A stretch of 63,544 nucleotides of DNA, filler included, from Reclinomonas americana ATCC 50394 (lineage: Eukaryota): the NCBI GenBank assembly GCA_048213135.1. It is 11 parts of 11 records of this genome, joined end to end, with 100 filler letters (N's around TTAATTAATTAA, not from the genome) between each part and the next. Parts side by side here need not be neighbours in the genome. Positions count along the whole stretch, not along the records: positions 46,469 to 51,900 come from AFZH01017896.1; positions 52,001 to 55,674 come from AFZH01017897.1; positions 55,775 to 63,544 come from AFZH01017899.1; 8 more parts are not named here. One strand, 5' to 3'. Numbering within the stretch: position 1 is the first letter of the stretch; every line of letters starts with the position of its first letter. Below are positions 46,790 to 59,700 of the stretch, piece by piece. The notes beneath the pieces were generated by a model, which saw only the letters and a list, made by a program, of their open reading frames with translations, did not search any database and had not been told where the DNA came from. The position numbers and the translations under genes were made by a program.

Positions 46790-49700
46790 AAGAGAGAGAA
46801 AAACGAAACTTGAAGCGCGGAGACGGAGTGGCGATCACGCTGCCGCTGCAAGACGTGTCGACAATGACAAAAGGCGCGACGAAGGAATTGCCGAGATTTG
46901 ACAACTCGGTGCCTGTCAATTTCAGAATCTCTATCGTGCGACCCGATACGAGCTCCGCGCTGACAGTCGTAAAATCGCCTGCAAACACGCAACGAATAAG
47001 CGAAATAGGACACTTAGAATATCTCGCGCACGTGCGTGGAGCTTACCAGCCGATAATACTCCCGCCAGCATGTAGAACAGCGAGTCGGTTGTGTACCGCG
47101 CACACAGATAGAATCTGTGTGTCATCTTCCATGAGCAACACACAACGACAAAAACCATAAGAGTGAGGCGCAACTTTCCGGCAGACGGCGACCCGCTCAG
47201 AGTGAGTACATGAGTCGCCCCGGGGGCCGTCGACACTGGCGTCAGGGTGGGATTCGCAAGGAATGTTCCCGACTCGCATGTGGTGGAGGAGGCGATGGCG
47301 TATCGCGCTCCGTTGGTGGTGTCGCTCATGTCGGGCATCGAGCAGCCGTTGATGTTGAGAGTGATGGTGCCGACTTGCGAGGCGCGGAAGGTGTTTGGCG
47401 AAATGTACATGACGGCGGGGCCCACCTGCGGAAAAGGGGGAAGGGGAGATGAGGGAAGGGACGGGAAAGGGGAAGATGAGGGAAAGGGGAAAGGGGATAT
47501 GAGGGAATGGCAAAAGGGGGAGATAAGGGGAAGGGGGAGATGAGGGAAAGGGGGAGATGAGGAAAAGGGGGAGAAAGGGGGAAGGGGGGATATAGGACAC
47601 AAGGGAAAGGGGGGCAGGGAAAGGAGGAGATGGGGGAAAGGCGAAAAGGGGAGATAAGGGAAAGGGTTAGAGGGAAAGGGGTAGAAAACGGAAAGGGGGC
47701 AGGGGGCAGGGGAGAGATGAGGGAAGGGGGAGATGAGGGAAGGGGGAGATAAGGGAAAGGGGGAAGAAGAAGGAGGATGTGGAAAAGTGGGAGATGAGAG
47801 AAGGGAGGAGATGAGGAAAGGTAGAAAGGGGAAGAGGAAGAGGGAAAGGGGGTGATGAGGGAAAAGGAAAGAAGGAGATACGGGAAAGGGAAAGGAGGAG
47901 ATGAGAGAAAGGAGGAGATGAGGGAAAGGGGACGAGGGAAGGGGGACATATGGGAGAGGGAGAAAAGGAAAGGGAGAAAAAGGAAAGGGGACAGAGAAGA
48001 GAACGAGAAGTAAGAGGAGTAAACAGCATGGGGAGAGAAGAGAAGAGGAGAAGGACGAAAATAAGGAGAGGGAGGGAAGTAAGAGGGATGACAACAACGG
48101 CGTGGAGTGGGGCTAGGGGAGCTTGAGCAGGAGAGGAAAGAAGCAAAACAAAAGAGAAGGAACAGTGAACCGTTCTCTGTGTGTGACGTACCGAGACGAA
48201 TCGCACACCGAATTGAGTTGAGTCGTACATCAGCAGCGCTCCCGTGGCATTGTGTCGTGAAATGGACTGCATTAAGGGTCAGACGTGCACTACATACGCG
48301 TGGATGCTCGGAGACACACACACCGAAATGGACTGGAAGCGCGCAACCGAGTACGCTCCATCGGTGTATGCGCTGTTGCCGAACGAGCCAATGTACGACA
48401 TGTAACCCGAATGATCGGTGGAGATTACTTGGGCAAATGAGTTTGTCTGTGCAACGAGTCGTTGAGCGTAAGGACAATGTAGTGGAGTGCAAATGGGAGT
48501 GCGCACCTCATCGCCAATCACCAAGTCACCGGTGGTCATCAATGCAAGACCTCGACCTGCATGCAGTGAGGTGAAAAGAGGAAGGAGCATGTACATCACT
48601 GGATCTTTCACGAAACTCGCAGTGAACAGATCGAGACCCAAATCGCAGGTAGTGGGCGGGACACACGGGTTGAATGTGCTCGGGGTGCTCGATTGACCGG
48701 CGAGCACCGTCCAGGCGTTGGAGATGTATTTGAGTAATCTCCCGGTGGCTGAGGTGGGAGACAAGGGACAAGGGTGGGAAAGGAGAAGGAGGTGGAAACA
48801 GGGAGTGAAAAATGAGGCAATGAGTGAACGGCGAGAAAAGCGGAGGGAGATAGAAAGTGGACAGTTGCAGCAGAAGAGCGATGCCAGGAGATTGACAGGG
48901 CGAAGGAGAGAAAAGAGAGGGAAAAGAGAAGTTACATGAAGAGACGAGGATGGGGAAGTGTTAGAGAAAGAGAAGTGAGAACTGAGACGGAGAGGAAGAG
49001 AACCAGACGGATAAGTGAAGAAAGAGGAAGAGAAGGGAGAAGAGGGAAGGGGAGAAGGAGAAAGACGAGGGAGGGTCAAGAAGGGAGAGAGAGAAGGAGA
49101 GTAAGAAGAAGAATGGTAGTTGAGGACTGAGACTGCCGGAAAGAGAAGAAGACGGGAAGTGAGAGAGCGAGCGGCAACAGAGAAGGAGTTGAGGACTGAA
49201 ACTGAATGGAGCACAGGAATACTGAAAGAGAGAAAAAGTAAGAAGAAGAGAGTGAGGGCCCAACAAGAAGTGAGAAAGATACGAAGAAACGCTGGAGAGA
49301 AATGGTGAACACACAGAGAGAAGGAGAAGCACAATTAAGTGAAAGTAGAGAAGGACAGGTACAGCCACAGTACAAACAGGAAGTCCCAGCACACTCACAT
49401 AGGTCGACCGTGTACAGCGCGTATCCGGCAGACACCTTGCGAACCACCAATTCTGTGTCACGAGTGTGAGAGACGCACACGCAAGGCAGAATCACGAATT
49501 TGAACGTACGCAACGAGAGAACTCGGGTGTCGCTGCACCAGGCGGCGTCGGCAGCGTTTCCACCTGGCCGTCGGTGTTGGACCAGTCGGCGAAGCGAATC
49601 ACCGACGTTGAGCCTTGCCTGTCGTGAATGTAGAGCGTACTCGAGGCCTCGTTGACGGCAATTTGCCTAATGTCCGTAAACGAGGATTGGGTGAGTCGAC

Positions 49701-51560
49701 CGTCTGCGGTGCCCGAAATGCCGGTGCCAAGCAATGTGCTCGTGAATCCCGTTGTCAGATCCACGGCACGTACACGGAAGTTGTTCTGCGAGAGGGGGGG
49801 TGAGAGGGAGACAGAGCGTGAGTAACTTCGGCAGTGTGATCAGCAGGGCAAGATACGTACCGCATCGGCAATGAGCAGCACTTGTCGCACGTTGCTGATG
49901 GCCATGCCGCGGATGGTGTTGAAGCGGGCGTCCTGCGTGGGAGGGAGGGGTGATGGTGAGGCACAACAAGGAGAGGGAGAAAGGGAGAGGCAAGAAGGAG
50001 AGGGAGGAAAGGAGAGGGAAAAAGGGAGAGGGAGGGGTGAGAGACAAGGAAAGGGAGAAAAGGAATGGGAGAAAAGGAAAGGGAGAAAAAGAAAGGGAGA
50101 AAAGGAAAGGGAGAAAAAGGAAAGGGAGAAAAGGAAAGGGGAGGGGCGAGAGAGAGAGAGAGAGAGAAAATGGAGGAGGAGACAAGGAGAGTCTAGTGTG
50201 TGGACGCGAGACGGCAGCCTGAGAGAGCGAAACGGAAGAAAGAACAGATAAAGACAACGACGGAAAGACAAGATGATGAAGGAAGCATCAAGAGACAACT
50301 GTATGACTGAGAGAACGCGAATGAGGAGGGGCAACAATGCAACGAGCACAACACGAGATGAGAAACGGGAGACGGAGAGAGAAGGGGGGAGAAAGAGAAT
50401 GAGAGGGAAGAGAGTTGACAAAACACTATTCAGGAAGCACGATGGACCAACAAGCCTGCTGCAGCAACAAGATGCCAAGGGCGACAGCGGGACAGGGAGA
50501 AAATGAGAGAGGGGGGAGTGGAACAAAGAAGGGACAGAACAGACAGGCCCAACAATCTTGTTGCGGCAGCATGCGCCAAATAAGGGAGACAGATAGAGAC
50601 GAAAGATACAAGGACTGGCAGCACACAATTCAAGAAACGGAGAAACCAACAATTCGGCTGCAACGCAGGAGACGACAAATGGGAGACAAGAGAGAGAGAG
50701 AGAGAATGACCCAACAATCGTTGCGGCGAAGAGAGAAGGAGAAAAAGATTGACTAAACGGATAGCCTCAACAATCTTGTTGCGGAAGCACGCACCAAACG
50801 GAACCGCATGTCAGCGACACCAGAGGAAGTGGAGCCCGCATACCGCGAGATGCGTGCATCTTGCGTGATGGTAGCCACGGCATTGCCGAGTGGCAAAAAG
50901 AGCTCTCCAGTGCGATTGGTCATGACGGTGGCGCTCATGGGGTCCATGGACGCCAGCGATGCCGTCAGCGGGTCGCCGTCCAGCTGTGGTACGGTACCTG
51001 ATGGCCCGCCGGCCAGCGTGCATACTTGCGGTTCATCTAGTCGAAAAGAAGGGTGTCAAAACCAAGAAAACAAGTGGCGGCGAGGATGGGTGGCGCACCA
51101 ATGAGGAATTTTCCAGAGCCGGCACTCATCACACGCTGCACTCCGCTACCCCAGTCGACGCACAGGTGGTAGAGCGAGCCCATATTAGGGGTGATGCCCA
51201 CGGCGTCGGCTTGGAAGAGGAAAACCATGGAGATGAAGTCGACATCTGGAAAAGGGGGAGGGGGAGGAGAAGTGGGGAATGAGAAGGGAGAAGGGGAAGG
51301 GAGAAGGGGAAGGGGAGGGAAGGGAAAGGGAGGAGGAGAGGGAAAGGGAGGAGGGAAGGGAAGGGGAAAAAGAAGGGAATAGGGAGGGGGAAGGGAGGGA
51401 GAAAGGGAGGGAGAGGGAGAAAGGGTGGTAAGAGGAAGACGGAGAGCAATGAGCGAGGGGTGAAGCATGTCATGCTTGCTTAATCGGCTCAATAGCGGCG
51501 GCAGCACCATGACAACGACCGGAAGAAGTGCGCTTCCTGTTCGATTCTAACGACTTCCAT
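46790..51560 (-). CDS. NHL-repeat / Ig-like extracellular protein; both ends uncertain
   Basis: Exons include ARFNTIRGMAIS..LLIADA-QNNFRVRAVDLTTGFTSTLLGTGISGTADG, GLALMTTGDLVIGD, YTDG..SVARF and a later beta-sandwich-like P.VMYISPNTF..GTITLNINGC. They are separated by long pyrimidine-rich (sense) introns. Confidence 0.7.
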
Positions 51561-51842
51561 GATGCGATTGGAAGAAGTGACGAATATGTGCAGAGGGTGG
51601 CGCGTGGCTGAGATTTCATAGCTACACACAAGAAGGGAAGAGGAAGAGCGGCATACAACGGATTTCGGGTGCACTGGCGGAAGAAAGGAAGACGGAGAGC
51701 GGGCGACAAGGATGTGAGAGACGAGAGAAAACATAAAGGTTCTTTCTTTTTCTGCTTGGCTACAGCGGAACAAACTAGAAGGCGACAGAAGAAGGGCGGA
51801 CGAAGGCAGAAGGCTTCTCCGCCTGGCTCTTTCTCTCTCTGA

Positions 51843-51900
<58 letters not shown>

Positions 51901-52104
51901 NNNNNNNNNNNNNNNNNNNNNNNNNNNNNNNNNNNNNNNNNNNNTTAATTAATTAANNNNNNNNNNNNNNNNNNNNNNNNNNNNNNNNNNNNNNNNNNNN
52001 GCCAGTGCGAGGTTGGAAGGGGGAGGAGAGGGCGACGGGGGCCTGGATGGAGGGGAAAGGGGAGAGAGGAGAAGGGTGGTTGGAAGGGAGACGAGAGGGA
52101 AGGA

Positions 52105-52870
52105 GAGAGAGAGAGAGAGTGAGAGTGAGAGAGTGAGGAAGGGAGGGACTGAGTGAGTGAGAGAGAGAGAGAGTGAGAGGGAGAGAGTGCAAGTGAGTGA
52201 GTGAGTGAGTGAGGGAGGGAGGGAGGGAGTGAGTGAGTGAGTGAGTGAGTGAGTGAGTGAGAGAGTTAGTGAGTGAGAGGGCGAGAGAGAGGGAGTGTGT
52301 GCAGTGAGTGAGTGAGTGAGTGAGTGAGTGAGTGTGTGAGTGAGTGAAAGGGAGAGAGAGAGAGTGAGTGAGTGAGGGAGTGAGTGAGTGAGTGAGTGAG
52401 TGAGAGAGTGAGTGAGTGAGGAAGGGAGGGACTGAGTGAGTGAGTGAGTGAGAGTGAGTGAGTGAGTGAATATAGGAAGAGGGAGGGAGCGGGTGAGTGA
52501 GAGAGAGAGTGAGTGAGTGAGTGAGAGAGTGAGTGAGTGAGTGAGTGAGAGAGAGAGAGTGAGTGAGTGAGTGAGGGAGAGAGAGAGAGTGAGCGACTGT
52601 GAGAGAGAGAGAGAAAGAGTGAGAGAAAGTGAGAGAGTGAGTGAGTGAGAGAGTGAGTGAGTGTGAGAGAGAGAGAGTGAGTGAGTGAGTGAGTGAGTGA
52701 GAGAGAGAGGAGTGAGTGAGTGAGTGAGAGACACAGAGAGAGACAGAGTGAGTGTGTGTGTCTGACAGAGAAAGAAGAGTGTAAGAGAGTGAGTGAGAGA
52801 GAGAGATTGAGAGTGAGTGAGTGAGCGAGAGAGCGAGAGTGAGAGTGAGTGAGTGTTCGAGAGAGAAGAG
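52105..52870. repeat. (GAGT)n/(GA)n low-complexity microsatellite tract
   Basis: Roughly 750 bp of interleaved GAGT and GA units. Confidence 0.95.
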
Positions 52871-52899
52871 TGTGACTTTTCTTCGCGTTCGTTCACTCA

Positions 52900-52935
<36 letters not shown>

Positions 52936-53332
52936 CTCTCTCTCACTCACACACACTCTCTCTCCACTCTCCCTTCTCATGTGATATCCCCCCCGCGCTC
53001 ATGACACCCTCATTTCATGCCACTTTCCTCCCTCTTTCATGCCACTCACCATCGACACCATCAGCGTCATTAATATCACCAACACTGCGCATAGCCACAC
53101 ACACTGTTCCCTTGTTTTCATAGTTATTTAAAAAAGAAAGACAGAGAGACTTTGTTTGTGTCGTGACTCTGTCTGTTAATCAATCACAGCTGCAAACAAG
53201 AGAGACTGTTATGTGTGTGTTTGTCACTCTGTTACTCTTTTTGTGTGAGTGCCTTTGCGCGTTGACAACGTGTGTGTTTTTGATGATTATGTCACTGCGT
53301 GTCCGGTTTGGAAGTGGGACCGCTTTTTTTTG

Positions 53333-54345
53333 CTTTCGGTTTGAGTGTCCGACTTAATTTGTTTGTTTGCGTGTGTGAGAGAGTGAGAGTGAGAGAAATG
53401 GCGAGCTGCATGAGCGTCGCTGTTTCTTTGGCGCTTGCATTCGCGGGCGGACACGCATCAATGCAAAACAGGACACGATTTCGTGGAAGGAAAGAAAAGT
53501 CGGCTGTTGCTTCGTGTTGGTTGGTGGAGTAGTAGGTGACTTGATTTCTAGTTTGCAGACGCGAGTCGATAAGGAGAGTCATGGCGTAATCGACTTCGAT
53601 ATTGTGTTCAAATTCGCTGCTCTTCTTCCATGGCCATTGCAGCATCCTTGTCTCTTTTACCACATGCAGAGTATGTACCAGATGGCCTAGTGGGACCGCT
53701 TTTTTGCTTTCGGTTTGAGTGTCCGACTTAATTTGTTTGTTTGTTGTGCTTGTGCTTGTGAGCTGCAGGTGGCTGCATGAGCGTCGCGTTGCTTCTTTGC
53801 GGACACGCATCAATGCAAAACAGGACACGATTTCGTGGAAGAGTCGGCTGTTGCTTCGCGTTGGTTGGTGGAGTAGAAGGTGTCTTGATTTCTGGTTTGC
53901 AGAAGCGAGCCGATGAGGAGAGTCATGGCGTCATCGACTTCGATATTGTGGTCAAATTCGCTGCTCTTCTTCCACTGCAGCTGCTGTGTCTTGCTTTTCA
54001 CCTGCAAAGTACAGATCAGGTGGCCTACTCACCAGGGAGAGGAAGCCTGCAGAAGCAAACCGAGAAGGAGGGCCGCGGTGGTACAAACTTCGACATTGTG
54101 TTCAAATTCGCTGCTCCTCTTCCAATGCAGCTGCTGCGTCTCCATTACCACATGTAGCGCACAAACACAGCAGTGAGTTCCCTAAGGAGTGGAAGCCTGC
54201 AGCAGCCAGCCAACTAGGAGAGTCTCGATGTCATCGACTTCGATATTGTGTTCAAATTCGCTGCGTTTCTTCCCCGCTGCAGCTGCTGAGTCTTGTTTTT
54301 CACCTACAGAGTACGGATCAAGTGACTTGTTCTTCCAGTGAGAGG
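53333..54345. repeat. Imperfect nested tandem repeat (~350-bp and ~150-bp periods)
   Basis: agtgggaccgctttttt.gctttcggtttgagtgtccgacttaatttgtttg occurs at 53333 and 53689. The core acttcga.attgtg.tcaaattcgctgc occurs at ~53593, 53937, 54087 and 54237. Confidence 0.85.
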
Positions 54346-54846
54346 AGGCCTGCAACAACGAGTCGACAAGGAGTGAGACTTCAAAAATTCGACGGTTTCT
54401 GGATACCGTTTCCTTTCCAGCGCCCAGCTGCCAACTTGCTTCGTCATGAACCTTGCACCTTCTGGAAAGTCGATCGCCTTCACGCGTCAACCATGGTGCC
54501 CTCCACCCTCGTCAGCGGCCTCGTCACTGGTGACCCAATAGCCCTCTCAGAATCTTGTCTCTGATCAGAAGAGGTCCAGCTGCATCAACCAATGTCAGCA
54601 GGCAACGCTGATCAGCTGGTGCATTGACAAGCAACGCAACGATTCCAGATGTCCAAAGACCGCTGCATTTTTTCGGTTCCCGCAACTCCATCACGAGTAT
54701 CGCAGCGACGGTCCCATTCGAGACCCACTCAATACTCTCCCCCTCCACCTCCGCCCCCTCTTCCCATTCTTCTTTCCCTTCATTCCCCTCTCGCACCTTT
54801 CGCAAACAAACAAACATTATCTCCGACGACGACACCAAAATCCACG

Positions 54847-55545
54847 TCACAAGGCGTCCAACACCTGCAACTGAATGTGTCGTCCCGCTCTCTGTGTTCG
54901 TATTACCACCGCGAATTGCGACACGGCGGCCACCACCATGCCGACGGCGATCAGCAGGAACACGAGCTGACTTCGCAAGTCGCCAATCTGTCGCGAGAGA
55001 TGAGTCACGAACCAGGAGCGGGCATCGAGGGACAGAGACGCAACTCTGAGCAGCACAAGAATAACCAGCATGTTGAGAATGATGCGGAAGCAGTTGATCA
55101 GCGTCGAGTGCACATCGTCGGGGAAGATCTCGCTGCGCTGCGTTCCCGCCGCCGGCCAGAAGAGACCGACGCATACCTCGAACACCAGGAACGACAAGTA
55201 CAGGGCGTAGATGTTCTGTGCGTCGCCACCGTCGGTGAGTGCAAAAGGACAAAATTCTCCCTCTCCACTTCCACTTATACCTGTGAAAAAACAGGCACCA
55301 GCATCGACACCGACGCCGCAATGAGGGTGTACAGCAGAATGCGGTCGGGCTTGTACTGCCGGCTCCACAGCTTGAAGAGCGTCGAGCCAATCATGCAGCA
55401 GACCATGAATGTGGAGAAGATGATGCCGTGGTTCAGCTCGCCGTCGTCGAACTCCTCCAGCGCCGGTGTCCACATGAACACAAAGATGAACATGCCGCCT
55501 TCGAAGATGCCAGAGGCGAGGCCGAGGAGGACGATGCGGACGTCT
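54847..55545 (-). CDS. MFSD5: Molybdate-anion transporter (MFSD5/MOT2, MFS), 3' part
   Basis: I.LLG....FEG.MFIFVFMWTPAL, HGIIFSTFM...MIGS, FLVFEVCVGLFWP....RS...PD..STL.N.FR..LN. Confidence 0.88.
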   Translation of the reverse strand, partial: RRPHRPPRPRLWHLRRRHVHLCVHVDTGAGGVRRRRAEPRHHLLHIHGLLHDWLDALQAVEPAVQARPHSAVHPHCGVGVDAGACFFTGISGSGEGEFCPFALTDGGDAQNIYALYLSFLVFEVCVGLFWPAAGTQRSEIFPDDVHSTLINCFRIILNMLVILVLLRVASLSLDARSWFVTHLSRQIGDLRSQLVFLLIAVGMVVAAVSQFAVVIRTQRAGRHIQLQVLDAL

Positions 55546-55916
55546 GCGATAAGGGGAAGGGTGAAGGGGGAAAAGGGGGAGGATGAGGGGGAGAATGGGG
55601 AGGAGGGGGAGGAGGGGAAGAGAAGGGGGAGAAGGGTGAGACGGGGGAGAAGGAGGGAGAAGGAGAGAGAGGAGNNNNNNNNNNNNNNNNNNNNNNNNNN
55701 NNNNNNNNNNNNNNNNNNTTAATTAATTAANNNNNNNNNNNNNNNNNNNNNNNNNNNNNNNNNNNNNNNNNNNNGAAGAGCATGCGGGAAGAGCAAAGGG
55801 GAAAGAGCGAAGGGGGAAGAGAAGGAGAATAGGGAGAAGAGAAGGGGGAAGAGAAAGGGGGAAGAGCAAGGGGGAAGAGATGGGAAGAGGGGGGGAAGCA
55901 ATGGAGGAAGCACAAG

Positions 55917-56148
55917 GGGGAGAACCATGCCTCTGAAACTGCACAGAGAGAGAGAGAGAGGCAGAGAGAGAAGAACAGTGTGCAAACAGACGGAGCGACG
56001 AAGTGAAGATCACATTTTTCTATGCATCACTCTCCTTTCCCTTCTGTGACTCTGTGTCCCTCACCAACAGCGAGCGCACGAGTGTGCTCTTGCCACTGCC
56101 AGGCAAACCACACACAAGAACCACTCCGCACACGCACTTCCTCTCCAT
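55917..56148 (-). CDS. P-loop kinase N-terminus (AAA_33/PSTK/KTI12-like); truncated by gap
   Basis: MERKCVCGVVLVCGLPGSGKSTLVRSLL followed by a GT donor. Confidence 0.55.
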
Positions 56149-56765
56149 GGTTTGCATGACAATGTGACGGGACGTCTTGAAGTCGCCAAAAAAGCTGCGA
56201 GTGGTACTGCTGCACACCGCCAAAAGTGGTATATACTGGCGTTCACTCAACGGGGAACACTTTGTTGTGTTCCCTCTTGGAAGTTACGCGCAGCGATCTT
56301 GTAACAATGATCATGATATCGATATCGATGACACCTCCGGATCCGCTGCTTTACTTTGCTTGCTTCACGTGTCCGACCCGGCTTTGCTTTGTTAGCCGGG
56401 TTATGGCCTTTCCCCGAATTCGATGTGCCGTGTACGATCGCAGAAAACGCGATGCGTCTATGCAAGTGCGTCAAATCCACTTGTCAACCACGCTTATGCG
56501 GTGAAGATCGCAGTTCTCGACTCGTTAGGAGCTCCGAGAGCGAACACACACCCACAAGGAACCTGCTGCTGCCTCAAGATTGGTGTCTGTGTTGATGTTT
56601 TGGATATGGTTGGACTTGGTCATCAAGATAGCTGTTGCTTGTTTGTTGGTGAATGAAGTTGTTGTTGTTGATGTTGCGTCGAATGCTCCGCTGTGAGAGC
56701 CAGGGATGTTGCAGCGAGGCACAATGCGTTTCGCTTTTACGGCTCATCCACGAAAGGGGAGCGCC

Positions 56766-59700
56766 TCAAAATCGAATGACTTCGCGAAGATCCGACTCGA
56801 TCATCAACTCCTCCCCGTCCGCCACTCGCTCTTTGAGATCCTCCATCGACACAAAGTGTCTCCTCGTTCTGTGTTCGACGATCATACTCGCCAGGTCAGG
56901 CGACAGCCGCTCCGTCAGCTGTGGCTCCGACATTGTGTTGACGTTGATATCTGTCGCCGACGAGTGAGTGCACTCACTCAGCAAGGATCCTCTAATACAT
57001 GCACGCACCGACAAAGTTGCGCTCGAGAAGAGGACCGATGATGAAGCCGAAAAACAGACTCATGTTTCGTGAGTCCACCATGAATGCGTTGCTTGGCAGC
57101 GACGCCTCCAGGTGAGGGTGAGGTCGCACGACAAACAGACCGAACCAAAAGTTCTGCGCAGGCACGTGTTACAAACCATTCCTACAAACGCAAGACGCAA
57201 AGCAAGCGTAACTGTGCACGACTGTGCAACGCGCAACACCATCTGCTGTCTCTTTCGAGACATGTCCGCGAAGCGCAGTGCCGCATTCTTCCCCTTGCGA
57301 ATAATCCGCCGCAGCTTGTTCGCCGATTCCATCTGCTTGTCAAAGTACAGCAGTGGCAACGAGGCACGAGTTCCATCGATCAGCAGACAGGACTGCACAG
57401 AACGAGAGCCATCAGTTGCGTGTGGCGAGCAAGTAGTTTTCAGCATGGACTGCGCACCAGGAATGCGTTTGCATACTCCTCCAGCATTGTATCGACGCTC
57501 AACAACTTCCACCACACTCGCTTGAACTGAAACGTCATGTATCCCTGTTGCAACGGATGAGAAAAGTCTTACGTACAAGGACAGCAGTTCGAAACTTAAC
57601 TGCTTGTGTGATGATCAAAGAGAACGCGGCGCGCGTCCAATCTCGTGCATGACGGATGGTGTAGTGTGGGATATCGAGATCCGCATCCTGCAGTGAGCAG
57701 TGTCTCAGCTACATCCACAGGCGCAGCATGCTCCGAGAGCAATCAAGTTACGCACTCCGAGGTTTCGCGACAGCACGTTCACAGCAGTGTTGGCGGTGAT
57801 CTGCAGCGACTCGGTGAAGCGAGTTGATTCCGACGGAAAGATGGCACCCGACAGCACATCCGCGAATTGCAAAGTACTGCTGTCAAGGTACGACAGTTTG
57901 GCTGCCAGGCCGCGAGAACATGCCGACTCAAAGTCATTCTCGCTCCACGCCGTCGTCGGCAGCTTGAGCAGGTACTTGGCGTCTCCGCTTGCACTTAGCA
58001 ACGCCAACGGGTACACTGGGAGCTGCACTAGTTCGTGCGACTGTGATGTGCAGTACCACGTCAGGGAACTCCGGTATTTGCCACCGATAGTGCACGACCG
58101 AACCATGTGCGCTTCGTTGTAGGCGACATAGACTCCATCTCCTAACTCAATGTCGCCAAGCTGCATTTCGACTGGTCGCGTGGACATCTCGAGCAGTCGC
58201 ACCCTGTCGAGATTGACGAATACGAACCCCCTGCCACGGAGCTCCACCGCGACTGCAGCTGCCAAGTGTCCTCCGGCGTCCATGAACTCTGGCACACATT
58301 GCACGAGGTGGGCGACACGATATTGGACGATTTGGAGTGAGCGCGCTTACCGTGCTGTGAATCCTGACAGAGGGCAATAACCGATGTCAAGCACTCAACG
58401 CACCGCGGAAGTCCGCCAACACTGGTCACCACTCGACGAAGCGCAGCACACGTTCGCCACTTGTTGGCCCATGTCGGATGCACCTCGCGTATGGCGACAT
58501 CCACAAATTCATCAACATGTTCGCTCCGCAGCAGGGGCAGTGGCACTACGCAGTACGGATAGATCATTTGATGGAACGCGGTGCTGAGGGTGGCGAGTGA
58601 CAGCGCAGAGCATGCCACGATCACCATGTCGTTGCTGCTGGCAGGGGGCCAGCACAGCAAGCCACTAAGGGTTGTCAGCATGCCTTTGAGATCGCCTGCA
58701 CACAGGAAACAGTTGGAGACATTTAGTGTCAAGACTGTCGCATCATAACAAACCTTGTTGCTCAACCACTTTCAAGCACTCATCCACAAGAACCAACACG
58801 ACCAAGTCGTTGTCCGCGGACATGCCTACGGGGAGACGCGGAGTCACATCGCGTGGAAACAATCAAAGAGAAGGTGCTTTGCTCACTCACCTGACTGGCG
58901 ACGCGCGTCGCGAATCACTGCCGTGATGGCGTCTTTGACCGCCACGTCGCCCTCATCGACCAGGGACAAACGCCGGTACTCAGAGACCCACCTGCCAAAG
59001 CACGCCGCAGCGCCGAACCATGCGTGGAGAATGCGAAAGCCAATCCACGGGCTCTTGGAGGCGATTTCTCCCGGAGTCAGTTCGTCACCACTGTTGAAGG
59101 TGATGGGTATCTACAGGTGCTCGCGTCAGAACAGAAGCATCAGACTCACACACACACAAACACACACACGCACGCACACACACATACATCTACACACACA
59201 TACACACACGAAGCTCTCGTAACGTACCGTCAAGCGACCGGTACTTAATGCATTGCGCAGCCTCTGCAGCGGCTCGGTGATGGTTGGTGGCCACTCGGCA
59301 CGCAGGTACTCATCGATTCCGAGTTGAAGAAGATCGGCCAGCGAGTCCAGCAGGCGCGACTTGCCAGAGCCGGGTCCACCTGCAACGACAAGAAACGGAT
59401 GTTGCATACGATCTTGTGTCTCCCGCTTCCCAATGTGCATGGCGAGATCCCATAGCACATCGGATGGAATGCTTCGATGAACGAGCGGCATTCTGTCACT
59501 GGTGAACTGTGGGAGACGGTGAGGTGACGGCCGCGGGGCTGCGTGCGGTTGCGGGGGCGGCATAGAGTTACCAGCTTGGGAGCGTCGTTGAGAATTCGAG
59601 ATGAGGCTTTTCTTATCAGCAGCCTGCCATTATGTTTTCCCATGCGGGAGATGGTGGACATTATCTCGTCGACTGCGTGACAACAATGAGCGCAGAGAAG

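Noticed and set aside
46931..49334. Long Pro/Phe/Ser/Leu-rich ORFs
   Set aside because: They are read-through of pyrimidine-rich introns, and only the embedded exon portions are protein-like.
51949..52930. Long SLTH/HSL-repeat ORFs of more than 300 aa
   Set aside because: They are translations of the GAGT/GA microsatellite.
53590..54270. CRISPR-like array of ~30-nt repeats
   Set aside because: The intervening sequences are 115-310 nt and similar to each other, there are no cas genes, and the context is eukaryotic.
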